From Candidatus Delongbacteria bacterium (GTDB lineage Bacteria > CAIWAD01), in contig OY760505.1 of the NCBI GenBank assembly GCA_963663545.1, positions 1,760,001 through 1,824,000 of the forward strand: 64,000 bases of DNA. The letters are read 5' to 3'. Below the pieces are notes generated by a model. It worked only from the letters and a program-made list of their open reading frames with translations. It was not told the origin of the DNA and searched no databases. Position 1 is the stretch's first letter. The number at the start of each line of letters is the position of its first letter. The position numbers and the translations under genes are program-made. Below are positions 56,272-64,000 of the stretch, one piece after another.

Positions 56272-58270
56272 TGCTTTCCGGCTCCACGGAAACCAGATCG
56301 TCGCAGTTGCTGCGATAGAACATGCGCACGTTGTAGCTCTCGCTGTCGGCGGGATCGATGCGGGTGATCAGGGGCTCTCCGCTCGCATCTTCATAGCTGA
56401 AGCGATAGAAGCACTCCTCTCCCGTGTCAAAGGCAAAGCGGAAGATCTGATCGCGTTGCGGCATCAGGCGATTGCCCGCATAGACGCGGCACTGTAGCAC
56501 AGAGTAGGGCGCAATTGCCTCACTCCACTGATCGCTGCATTGCGGGTTGTCAAGGAAGACGCCTTCGGCCTGCACCATGACTTTCCATCCGCAGAGGTGG
56601 TCGGCCTCATTCCAGAAGTTGTCCTCCGCGCTGTGCAGAAGATCAACTTCGGTGAGCCGCACGGGATAATCGTGCTCATTCACAATTAGCACATCATCCT
56701 GCACTTCACGGCCTTCAGCGTATATGCTGTAGTTGCGCTTGTAGCGCGCCAGTCCTACGCGCCCGCTCTCCTCGGGCAGCTCCCAGCTTAACTCATCAAC
56801 AGGCACGCGGTGATACAAAACCGGATTGTCCGTTACTCCACTTTGGGTGTCCCAGTTCGGATAGCCCGCAAACAGATCGCGCACGTAGGTAAAATGCAGA
56901 CAGCCCTCACTCAGACGCGCCGCAAGACTCATGCTGACTTCGCTGGCACATTCTCCCTCGATGCAATCAGGAGTGGCGGTGTTGGTGATGTTCACCGGCA
57001 GCGACCAGGTCTGCCCGTTATCCACAGAACGCGCCACATAGATTTCAGCATTCGGCATCCGCCGACCATCATAGCTGGAGTCACGTGTATCACGGCCCGA
57101 GTACTGATTCCAGGCAGCATAGAGATGGCCGGTTTCGTGATCCACCGCCAGCTGCACGCGATCCAGCGCCATGTGGTTGTTTTCCATGCAGGGGATCTGG
57201 TCCTCCTCGTCCATGGGCGTTAGGCCTATAGCGATAGGAACCGGAGCCTCCCAGCCGGGACACATGTGCCAGAGAACGCTACCGTAGTTGCTGGCGATCC
57301 CCGTATCACGAAGCCCCAGCTCTTCCTCATCCCATGCGCGGGTGTACACGGAATCGCGGAAGAAGACGCCCGTTACCCAAGCCACATGCAGATTCGGCTC
57401 CTGCTGGACATCATAGATAGCGTCCATGTCGCCACCCGCGTGCAGGTATTCGTCAATTGTGCCGCCAAGCAAGGCTGTGCCCTGAGGGAGCAGCTCAGCG
57501 GGAGGCGTGGTTGTGATACTCTCGATCAGGTCGCCATCGACATCCCTGAAGTCGTAACACAAAATGTGCTGGTTCCAGTCTACAGGCAACTCAGGCAAAG
57601 AGGCAGCATCCAGCGCCTCGGTCCAGAGCATTGCTGTGGCCAGCATGGAGTCCGCACTTGTAACACAAAGACCAGGTCCGGCATCCTCGCTCAGCTGACA
57701 ACTATCAGCGACGATGTAAGCGCCACACACATCCACGCAGGAATAGTGTAATCCGTGAGCCTCTGTATCGCTCTCACGTGAAAGCACGTGACACATGTTC
57801 TGCTCGTCCACGGCGTGTCGCAACAAATCAGTCTCGTTCTGACGCAGCATCACCGAGCTATACGCCTGAGTGCATCCATCAAAATCGACGCTAACCCAAG
57901 GGCTTACAAGTGTTGTGTTTGTGATTAATGCAGGGATACTCGAGCCCGCGGTATATCCTGAACCAATGGACCGAAGAAAAGACATGCCGCGAAAAACACA
58001 CCCCGTGTTCAGGATGTTCACAACATTGTCCGCATTTTCACCCTCGATGCAAAGACCGACGGCTCTCTTGGAATACGGATACCCACCAGCAGACTGCCGC
58101 GTGAATCCAGCGTGTATCACACCGTCTGCGGAAATGGCGAGGGACTTTCCCATTGCCCAGCTCTGTTGCTGATCAACGCAAGTCGTACCGACTTCGACTT
58201 GTGCAAAGAGTCCATGTGTTACAAGAATCAGCGCGATCGAAGTATACTGTGTCCAGCACTTCTTGTTCAT
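56003..58270 (-). CDS. T9SS type A sorting domain protein with an Asp-box (BNR) propeller-like region, paralog A
   Basis: Signal peptide; SVDNGQTWS Asp-box; CTD WPNPFNP...LASGVYFSRL...KLMLIK. Confidence 0.8.
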   Translation of the reverse strand: MNKKCWTQYTSIALILVTHGLFAQVEVGTTCVDQQQSWAMGKSLAISADGVIHAGFTRQSAGGYPYSKRAVGLCIEGENADNVVNILNTGCVFRGMSFLRSIGSGYTAGSSIPALITNTTLVSPWVSVDFDGCTQAYSSVMLRQNETDLLRHAVDEQNMCHVLSRESDTEAHGLHYSCVDVCGAYIVADSCQLSEDAGPGLCVTSADSMLATAMLWTEALDAASLPELPVDWNQHILCYDFRDVDGDLIESITTTPPAELLPQGTALLGGTIDEYLHAGGDMDAIYDVQQEPNLHVAWVTGVFFRDSVYTRAWDEEELGLRDTGIASNYGSVLWHMCPGWEAPVPIAIGLTPMDEEDQIPCMENNHMALDRVQLAVDHETGHLYAAWNQYSGRDTRDSSYDGRRMPNAEIYVARSVDNGQTWSLPVNITNTATPDCIEGECASEVSMSLAARLSEGCLHFTYVRDLFAGYPNWDTQSGVTDNPVLYHRVPVDELSWELPEESGRVGLARYKRNYSIYAEGREVQDDVLIVNEHDYPVRLTEVDLLHSAEDNFWNEADHLCGWKVMVQAEGVFLDNPQCSDQWSEAIAPYSVLQCRVYAGNRLMPQRDQIFRFAFDTGEECFYRFSYEDASGEPLITRIDPADSESYNVRMFYRSNCDDLVSVEPESMPMAFALLPAWPNPFNPVTHVAFVLPQAGQVRLEVFDLAGRRVSTLVNGSMAAGQHEALFNGGMLASGVYFSRLSAGSEVRVGKLMLIK

Positions 58271-58291
58271 TGTTCAACCCTCCCTATTGTG

Positions 58292-58560
58292 CTACTTGAT
58301 CAACATCAGCTTGCCCACACGCACCTCACTCCCGGCACTCAGCCGACTGAAGTACACGCCACTGGCCAGCATTCCACCATCAAAGAGCGCCTCGTGCTGG
58401 CCCGCAGCCATGGAACCGTTCACCAGCGTGCTCACCCGGCGACCGGCCAGGTCAAAGACTTCCAAGCGCACCTGCCCGGCCTGCGGCAGAACGAAGGCAA
58501 CATGTGTCACTGGATTAAAGGGATTCGGCCAGGCAGGGAGCAGCTCAAGCGCCATTGGCA
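58292..58560. repeat. About 270-bp direct repeat, copy 2 (3' end of paralog B)
   Basis: About 95% identical by eye to 56003-56271. Confidence 0.9.
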
Positions 58561-60601
58561 ACGGGGAAGCATCCACCGTCACCAGGTCTTCGCAGTTGCT
58601 GCGATAGAGCATGCGCACGTTGTAAGAGCTGAAATTCTCTGCATCCAGCCGCTCAACGAGACTATTCCCAAGCGAATCTTGATAAGCAAAACGATACACG
58701 CGCTCTTCGCCCGTGCTGAACGCGAAGCGGAACAGTTGATCACTGTTTGGAAGGTGATCGTGACCAACATACACCCGACACGCCAGGACGGAATGCGCAG
58801 GGATTTCGCCGTTCCAGTCTGAAGTACACACCGGGTTCAGCACATATTCGTCATCAACCGCGACCTCCCAACCACAGCGGTATTCTTCACTCCACACATT
58901 GTCGGCGTTGTCGTGCAACAGGTCGACTTCCGTGATACGGACAGGCGTTGCGTACTCATTGACAATCAGCACCTTGTCGTGGACCTCTGCTTGTGTGGGG
59001 TGTCCCTCCTCAAACAAGAACGCGCGGTGATACATGGCCAATCCCACATGCCCGTGATTGGCGAAAGCTCCTGGCAAACCGTCCACATCAACCGGCAGAT
59101 AGCACCAGTCGTTATCTGTGGCTTCGGATCCATCCTGAAACAGCCCGGAGTCAGTTTGTGATGCATGACTATCACCGGCATGCAGATCGCGCACGTAAAT
59201 GAAGTGGAGCTGCCCCCCGTAGACCTCTGCGGCCAGACTCATGTTGGTTTCGCTGGCGCATTCTCCGGTCTCGCATCCCGGGGTAGCGGTTTGTGTCACG
59301 TTTTGGGGTACAGTCCACGTGCTACCATTGTCGTGAGAGACGGCAACCATGATCTCTGCATTCGGCATGCGCAACCCATCGGAACCCGGTGCGCGCGTAT
59401 CACTTGCGGAGTAGCTGTTCCAGGCAGCGTAGACATCTCCTGTTTGTGGATCGACGGCAAGCTGCACACGGTCCTGAATCGCGTGATTCAAACCCGGGCA
59501 GGGAAACGCATCTGCCTCACTGTCTGCAGTGAGACGCGACGAGATCAAGGTCGGCGTTCCGGTGCCGTCTGCTATCCTGCGATGCCAAAGCGCACTTCCG
59601 TAGTTGGTGCGTACGCAGGAAGCACGCGCCTCCAGCACATCGCTTTCCGGATCTGCAATCAACAGGCTGTCGCAGAAGAAGAAGGGCGTCATCCAGGCGA
59701 AGTGAAGGCCGACGTATGTATCACGGTCATACACCGCATCAAAGTCTCCACCGGCGCGCAAGTGCTCGCAAAGCGCCCATTCCGGCAGGGATTCCGGAGA
59801 ACCGGCAAGCGACAGATACGGCCCCTGCTCCAGGCCGGGGCGTAAATCTCCGTCTACCTGCCTGTCGTCATGGCATCGAACCCATTGCTGCCACTCTGCG
59901 GGAAGGCCGGGCATGAAGACACCATCGTAGGGTTCTGACCAGATCAGGGCCGTTGCCGTCGTTGCCTGAGCCGAAAGCACGAGGAAGTGCCCGTAGGCAG
60001 CGTCGCTGACAACCAGGCTGTCTTCCAGTATCGCGGGATCCAGATCGGACAACCTGTAATAGACCAGTTCTTCCTGCTCATCCCCCGAACCGCGCACCAG
60101 AGTCTGTGTTTTTCCTGCGAGGTCAACACTTGCCCGGACAATCGTTCGCCCGCTTGTCTCAAAACGGTAGTACTCGTAGGCTTGTGTGCAGCCCTGAAAA
60201 TCGCGGCCTAACCACGGATAGCTCCATCCTGCAACATAGGGTCGTTCGGAGCTGAACGCAGGCAAAGTAGACCACGCTTCCGCATACCAAGTCAGAGCAA
60301 GCTGGTACAACCTGGAAGGCACGTTGATTACATTCGTTGGAAAAATGAAGCTTCCGTCCTCTGAAACGCAGCTTGTTGCAGCGCGCAGCATAGTGCCGTA
60401 GGAAGTTCTGTATTCACGAGTCAATCCGCAGTGGACGGTTCCCTCTGGAGCGACAACGATGGTCTTCCCCATTCCCCAGGGCTGCTGCACATCCAGCCAG
60501 CTTTGTCCGAGAATGAGTTCTCCAGGTACCGTGACCTGTGAGGAAGCGCCGACGGCCCCAAGCACGAGAGCCATCAGGCATACTGAAAGCCGCCTAATCA
60601 T
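58292..60601 (-). CDS. T9SS type A sorting domain protein with an Asp-box (BNR) propeller-like region, paralog B
   Basis: Signal peptide starting MIRRLS; SHDNGSTWT; many motifs shared with paralog A; near-identical CTD. Confidence 0.8.
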   Translation of the reverse strand: MIRRLSVCLMALVLGAVGASSQVTVPGELILGQSWLDVQQPWGMGKTIVVAPEGTVHCGLTREYRTSYGTMLRAATSCVSEDGSFIFPTNVINVPSRLYQLALTWYAEAWSTLPAFSSERPYVAGWSYPWLGRDFQGCTQAYEYYRFETSGRTIVRASVDLAGKTQTLVRGSGDEQEELVYYRLSDLDPAILEDSLVVSDAAYGHFLVLSAQATTATALIWSEPYDGVFMPGLPAEWQQWVRCHDDRQVDGDLRPGLEQGPYLSLAGSPESLPEWALCEHLRAGGDFDAVYDRDTYVGLHFAWMTPFFFCDSLLIADPESDVLEARASCVRTNYGSALWHRRIADGTGTPTLISSRLTADSEADAFPCPGLNHAIQDRVQLAVDPQTGDVYAAWNSYSASDTRAPGSDGLRMPNAEIMVAVSHDNGSTWTVPQNVTQTATPGCETGECASETNMSLAAEVYGGQLHFIYVRDLHAGDSHASQTDSGLFQDGSEATDNDWCYLPVDVDGLPGAFANHGHVGLAMYHRAFLFEEGHPTQAEVHDKVLIVNEYATPVRITEVDLLHDNADNVWSEEYRCGWEVAVDDEYVLNPVCTSDWNGEIPAHSVLACRVYVGHDHLPNSDQLFRFAFSTGEERVYRFAYQDSLGNSLVERLDAENFSSYNVRMLYRSNCEDLVTVDASPLPMALELLPAWPNPFNPVTHVAFVLPQAGQVRLEVFDLAGRRVSTLVNGSMAAGQHEALFDGGMLASGVYFSRLSAGSEVRVGKLMLIK

Positions 60602-60846
60602 GATTGCCCCCTTGTGTGATATATCCAACTCTAGATTTATCAGGAAGCAGCGTGTCGTCTGCTGAGCACAAACAGGCATTGTCGGCGATGTATCACAAGC
60701 TGGAATTGCGGCATACAAAAACTCTATCTCCGCTCACAGAAGCGCCAGTCCGCGCCCTTTGAAGCTGCGGCATTTTGCTTTGCGCCGCCGAGCCTCTATC
60801 TTTGCGGGTTCTTTTCCTTTGTAATCACGAACTGACGGAGTCCACC

Positions 60847-63540
60847 ATGCCCAGGACCGAACTAACCCGAACCTACGAACCCAACGCCGTGGAAGCGCGC
60901 TGGTATCCGTGGTGGGAGGAGCAGGGCTGCTTCCATATTCAGCCCGACAGCGGCAAGCCCGCATTTACCATCAACATGCCGCCGCCCAACATCACCGGGC
61001 AGCTTCACATGGGGCACGGTCTGCAGGACACGGTACAGGACACCTACATCCGCTACAAGCGTATGAAGGGTTTCGACGCGCATTGGCAGGCGGGCAAGGA
61101 TCACGCTGGCATTGCCACCCAGAACGTGGTTGAGAAAATGCTGCGCGGCGAGGGCCTGACTCGTCACGACCTGGGTCGCGAAGCCTTCCTCGAGCGCGCC
61201 TGGGAATGGCGCAATAAGTACGGTGACATCATCACCGAGCAAAAGCGAAAGCTGGGCGATAGCGCCGACTGGCGGCAGGAAGTCTTCACCATGGATCCCG
61301 GCCCCTCACGCGCGGTGCGCGAGGTTTTCGTGCACCTCTACGAAAAGGGTCTGGTGTACCAGGGCGACTACATCATCAATTGGTGCCCGCGCTGCCACAG
61401 TGCCATTTCCAACGAGGAAGTGAACTACGAGGATCGCGCCGGCCACCTGTGGCACATCGCTTATCCGGTGCTGGATGCGAGCGGCGCGCCCACCGGAGAG
61501 AAGATTGTCGTGGCCACCACGCGCCCGGAAACCATGCTGGGTGATACGGCCATTGCCATTCATCCCGAGAGCGAGCGCACCGCCCATCTCAAGGGCAAGC
61601 GCGTACAGCTGCCGCTGGTGGGCCGCGTGATACCGGTGATCGAAGACGATTTCGTTGATCGCGAGTTCGGCACCGGCTGCGTGAAGATCACGCCCGCCCA
61701 CGATCCCAACGATTTCGAGGCCGGTGTGCGCCACAACCTGGAGCGCATTCTGGTCATCGACGGCACGGGTAAAATGAACGTGAACGCCCCGGCCAAGTAC
61801 CAGGGCATGGATCGCTACGAGTGCCGCAAGGCGGTTCTCGCAGACCTGGAAGCCGAGGGTCTGCTGGTCAAGATTGACGACCACCAGCACAGCGTGGGAC
61901 AGTGTTCGCGTTGTGATACAATTATTGAGCCCTGGCTTTCCAAGCAGTGGTTCGTCAAAGTGAAGCCGCTGGTGGGACCGGCGCTTGCCGCCGTCGCCGA
62001 CGGACGTATCACCTTCCATCCCGCGCACTGGGCCAATGTCTACAACCGCTGGTTGGAAAATCTGCGCGACTGGTGCATCAGTCGTCAACTCTGGTGGGGC
62101 CATCGCATTCCCGTCTTCTACTGTGAAGACTGCGGCGCCATGATGGTGACACGCGAGGATCCAACAGTCTGTGACACATGTGGTTCTACAGACATCCGCC
62201 AGGACGAGGACGTGCTGGACACTTGGTTCAGCAGCTGGCTCTGGCCCTTCACCACACTGGGTTGGCCCGATGTGGACGCGCAAAAGTTCAAGCACTACTT
62301 CCCCACCGACCTGATGGTGACCGGCTACGACATCATCTTCCTCTGGGTGAGCCGCATGGTGATGGCCAGTCTGGAATTCACCGGCGAAGTGCCCTTCCGC
62401 GACGTCTTCATCACCGGCATCGTCAAGGACGAGCAGGGTCGCAAGATGTCCAAGAGCCTGGGCAACGGTATCGATCCGCTGGACATGGTGAAGAGCTACG
62501 GCGCCGACGCGGTGCGCTACTCGATGACCATCCTCAACACCGAGGGTCAGGACATCAAGCTCAGCGAGCAGAAGTTCGAGCTGGGCCGCAACTTCGCCAA
62601 CAAGGTCTGGCAGGCCTTCCGCTTCCTGCACATGCAGGACTGGTCCGTGCTGGGCACTGATTTCGATGTATCACAGCCACGACCGATCGAACTGGCCGAC
62701 GAGTGGATTCTGAGCCGTCTGCACAGCACCATCAAGGCCGTCGATCAGCACTTCGACCGCTACCGGCCCAATGAGAGCCTGCAGGCGATTCACGAGTTCA
62801 TCTGGAGCGAGTTCTGCGACTGGTATGTGGAGCTGATCAAGCCGCGTCTGTACGACAAGGAAGATGAGGGTCGCCGTCGTGATGCACTGGCCAACGCGCT
62901 GCATGTGTTCACGCGTGCTATGCAGCTCTTGCATCCTTTCATGCCCTTCCTGACGGAAGAGATCTGGTCTCACATCCGCGAAGGCCTGGGCGAGCTGGGC
63001 GCGAAGCAGCCTTGGGGCGACGCCCTTATGATGCACGACTATCCGGAGCTTTCCGATGCGCTGGTCAGCGAGGAAGTGGAAGCCCGTTTCCGGCTGGTGC
63101 AGGGTATCACCGTGGCCTTGCGCAACATTCGCGCCGAGCAGCAGGTGAGCCCCAAGCAGCCGATCAAGGTTGTGCTGCAGGGGCCGTCCGAGAAGCTGGG
63201 TGTACTAGAACCCGTCAAGCATTATGTATCACAGCTCGCGCTAGCGGAGTCTTTCGAACTCGGTGGTGAGCGCCCGCGTCCCGCTGCAGCCAACGTGGTG
63301 GACGGCGTGGACGTGCTGGTGGCCCTGGCTGGTTTGATCGACCTGGATGCCGAACGCGCGCGTCTGCAGAAAGAGCAGCAGCGCCTTTCCGGCTTCATTA
63401 CCGGTATCGAGAAAAAGCTGGGCAATGAGAGCTTCGTATCACGCGCACCCGAAGAGGTCGTCGCCAAGGAGCGCGAGAAGCTGGACGCAGCCAAGCTTGA
63501 TCTGGAGCGCATTCAGCACAACCTGAGCGAGTTGGGCTGA
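60847..63540 (+). CDS. valS: Valine--tRNA ligase
   Basis: PPPNITGQLHMGH, DHAGIATQ, ATTRPETMLGD, DWCISRQLWWGHRIP, KMSKS, C-terminal coiled coil; GGAG SD. Confidence 0.98.
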   Translation: MPRTELTRTYEPNAVEARWYPWWEEQGCFHIQPDSGKPAFTINMPPPNITGQLHMGHGLQDTVQDTYIRYKRMKGFDAHWQAGKDHAGIATQNVVEKMLRGEGLTRHDLGREAFLERAWEWRNKYGDIITEQKRKLGDSADWRQEVFTMDPGPSRAVREVFVHLYEKGLVYQGDYIINWCPRCHSAISNEEVNYEDRAGHLWHIAYPVLDASGAPTGEKIVVATTRPETMLGDTAIAIHPESERTAHLKGKRVQLPLVGRVIPVIEDDFVDREFGTGCVKITPAHDPNDFEAGVRHNLERILVIDGTGKMNVNAPAKYQGMDRYECRKAVLADLEAEGLLVKIDDHQHSVGQCSRCDTIIEPWLSKQWFVKVKPLVGPALAAVADGRITFHPAHWANVYNRWLENLRDWCISRQLWWGHRIPVFYCEDCGAMMVTREDPTVCDTCGSTDIRQDEDVLDTWFSSWLWPFTTLGWPDVDAQKFKHYFPTDLMVTGYDIIFLWVSRMVMASLEFTGEVPFRDVFITGIVKDEQGRKMSKSLGNGIDPLDMVKSYGADAVRYSMTILNTEGQDIKLSEQKFELGRNFANKVWQAFRFLHMQDWSVLGTDFDVSQPRPIELADEWILSRLHSTIKAVDQHFDRYRPNESLQAIHEFIWSEFCDWYVELIKPRLYDKEDEGRRRDALANALHVFTRAMQLLHPFMPFLTEEIWSHIREGLGELGAKQPWGDALMMHDYPELSDALVSEEVEARFRLVQGITVALRNIRAEQQVSPKQPIKVVLQGPSEKLGVLEPVKHYVSQLALAESFELGGERPRPAAANVVDGVDVLVALAGLIDLDAERARLQKEQQRLSGFITGIEKKLGNESFVSRAPEEVVAKEREKLDAAKLDLERIQHNLSELG

Positions 63541-63563
63541 GGCAAAGCAAACCACGTCTTGTT

Positions 63564-63598
63564 AGGGGCCGTGTCCGCCGAGCGGGTGCGGCCCTTTT
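63564..63598 (+). terminator. Intrinsic terminator after valS
   Basis: AGGGGCCGTGTCCGC-CGA-GCGGGTGCGGCCCT-TTT. Confidence 0.6.
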
Positions 63599-63608
63599 CG
63601 GAGCCCTT

Positions 63609-64000
63609 GTGACACAGACAATTCTTCCGCGCACCTTGGATCACGTTGCACTGCTGGTTGAGAACCTGGATCATTCTCTGCAGGCGCTGAAACAGCTCAA
63701 CCTGCAGCCCGAATCGGTTCAAACCTGGCTCAGCGAAGGGACACGCGAAGCCTACATCGGTGAACCAGACCGCAGCGGACGTCTGTTGTTGATGGAGGCC
63801 GCCGCCGATGGTCCGTACCGGCGTGCCTTGAAAAAGCGCGGTCCGGGCTTGCATCATATCGCGCTGCGCTGCCCAGATCATCTGGCCTGCGCCCACCAGC
63901 TTGGCCGCGATCACGGCTGGCTGCTGCATCACCACACACTGGACAGCCTGCCTTCGTGTAACACCATCTGGTTAGCAAGACCCGGGTTGCCACTGTTGAT
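63609..64000 (+). CDS. VOC family protein (methylmalonyl-CoA epimerase-like), truncated by the window end; not in the ORF track
   Basis: Manual translation from GTG after GGAG: MTQTILPRTLDHVALLVENLD...LLLMEA...ALKKRGPGLHHIALR...; the frame stays open to the edge. Confidence 0.75.
   Translation, partial: MTQTILPRTLDHVALLVENLDHSLQALKQLNLQPESVQTWLSEGTREAYIGEPDRSGRLLLMEAAADGPYRRALKKRGPGLHHIALRCPDHLACAHQLGRDHGWLLHHHTLDSLPSCNTIWLARPGLPLL

Larger units (their letters stand above)
787..63232. repeat. Dispersed, highly iterated octamer GTGATACA/TGTATCAC (about 1 per kb)
   Basis: About 62 exact copies by manual count, e.g. at 787, 1340, 7410, 7810, 7990, 10170, 11060, 17735, 26120, 38173, 41108, 44262, 54860, 54869 and 63225. 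Confidence 0.9.

Noticed and set aside
56003..58560. The 270-bp repeat pair as a diversity-generating retroelement TR/VR
   Set aside because: There is no reverse transcriptase in the window, both copies are coding CTDs, and the mismatches are mostly synonymous rather than adenine-specific.
60602..60846. T-box leader upstream of valS
   Set aside because: No T-box consensus or leader terminator is visible.
787..63232. GTGATACA as Chi, KOPS, a DnaA box, matS or a CRP site
   Set aside because: It shows no strand polarity, unlike Chi and KOPS. It does not fit TTWTNCACA, the 13-bp matS palindrome or TGTGA-N6-TCACA, and it is mostly intragenic.
63513..63935. 140-aa minus-strand ORF at the window end
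   Set aside because: The + strand frame from GTG 63609 has an SD and clear VOC motifs, so this ORF is its shadow.

Overview
A 64-kb, GC-rich (roughly 55-60%, estimated by eye) chromosomal window with about 43 CDS. It most likely comes from an FCB-superphylum bacterium outside Bacteroidota (inference): it has T9SS parts (sprA, PorX-tsaE, type A CTD cargo, a gingipain-like C25 protease) but uses strong Shine-Dalgarno sequences and unfused secD/secF. It mixes housekeeping genes (prmA, tsaE, purA, secD/F, ptb-buk, rlmI, pckA, valS) with many secreted proteins. I found no rRNA, tRNA, CRISPR array or mobile element. The strongest unexplained signal is the non-palindromic octamer GTGATACA/TGTATCAC. 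It occurs about 62 times by manual count, against about 1-2 expected, on both strands and inside genes, and is missing from several strongly codon-biased genes. It may be an undescribed DUS/HIP1-like genomic signal. Other observations: a shared non-type-A C-terminal domain on three secreted hydrolases; a glutaminyl-cyclase-like gene directly behind sprA, with Gln at +1 in several cargo proteins; a triple palindromic operator before a DUF134 gene; sigma-54 promoters on two tandem hsp20 genes; a probable ATC start codon; a degenerate Ppx/GppA-like protein; near-identical CTD cassettes in two paralogs; a frameshifted gene; and several structured leader regions.
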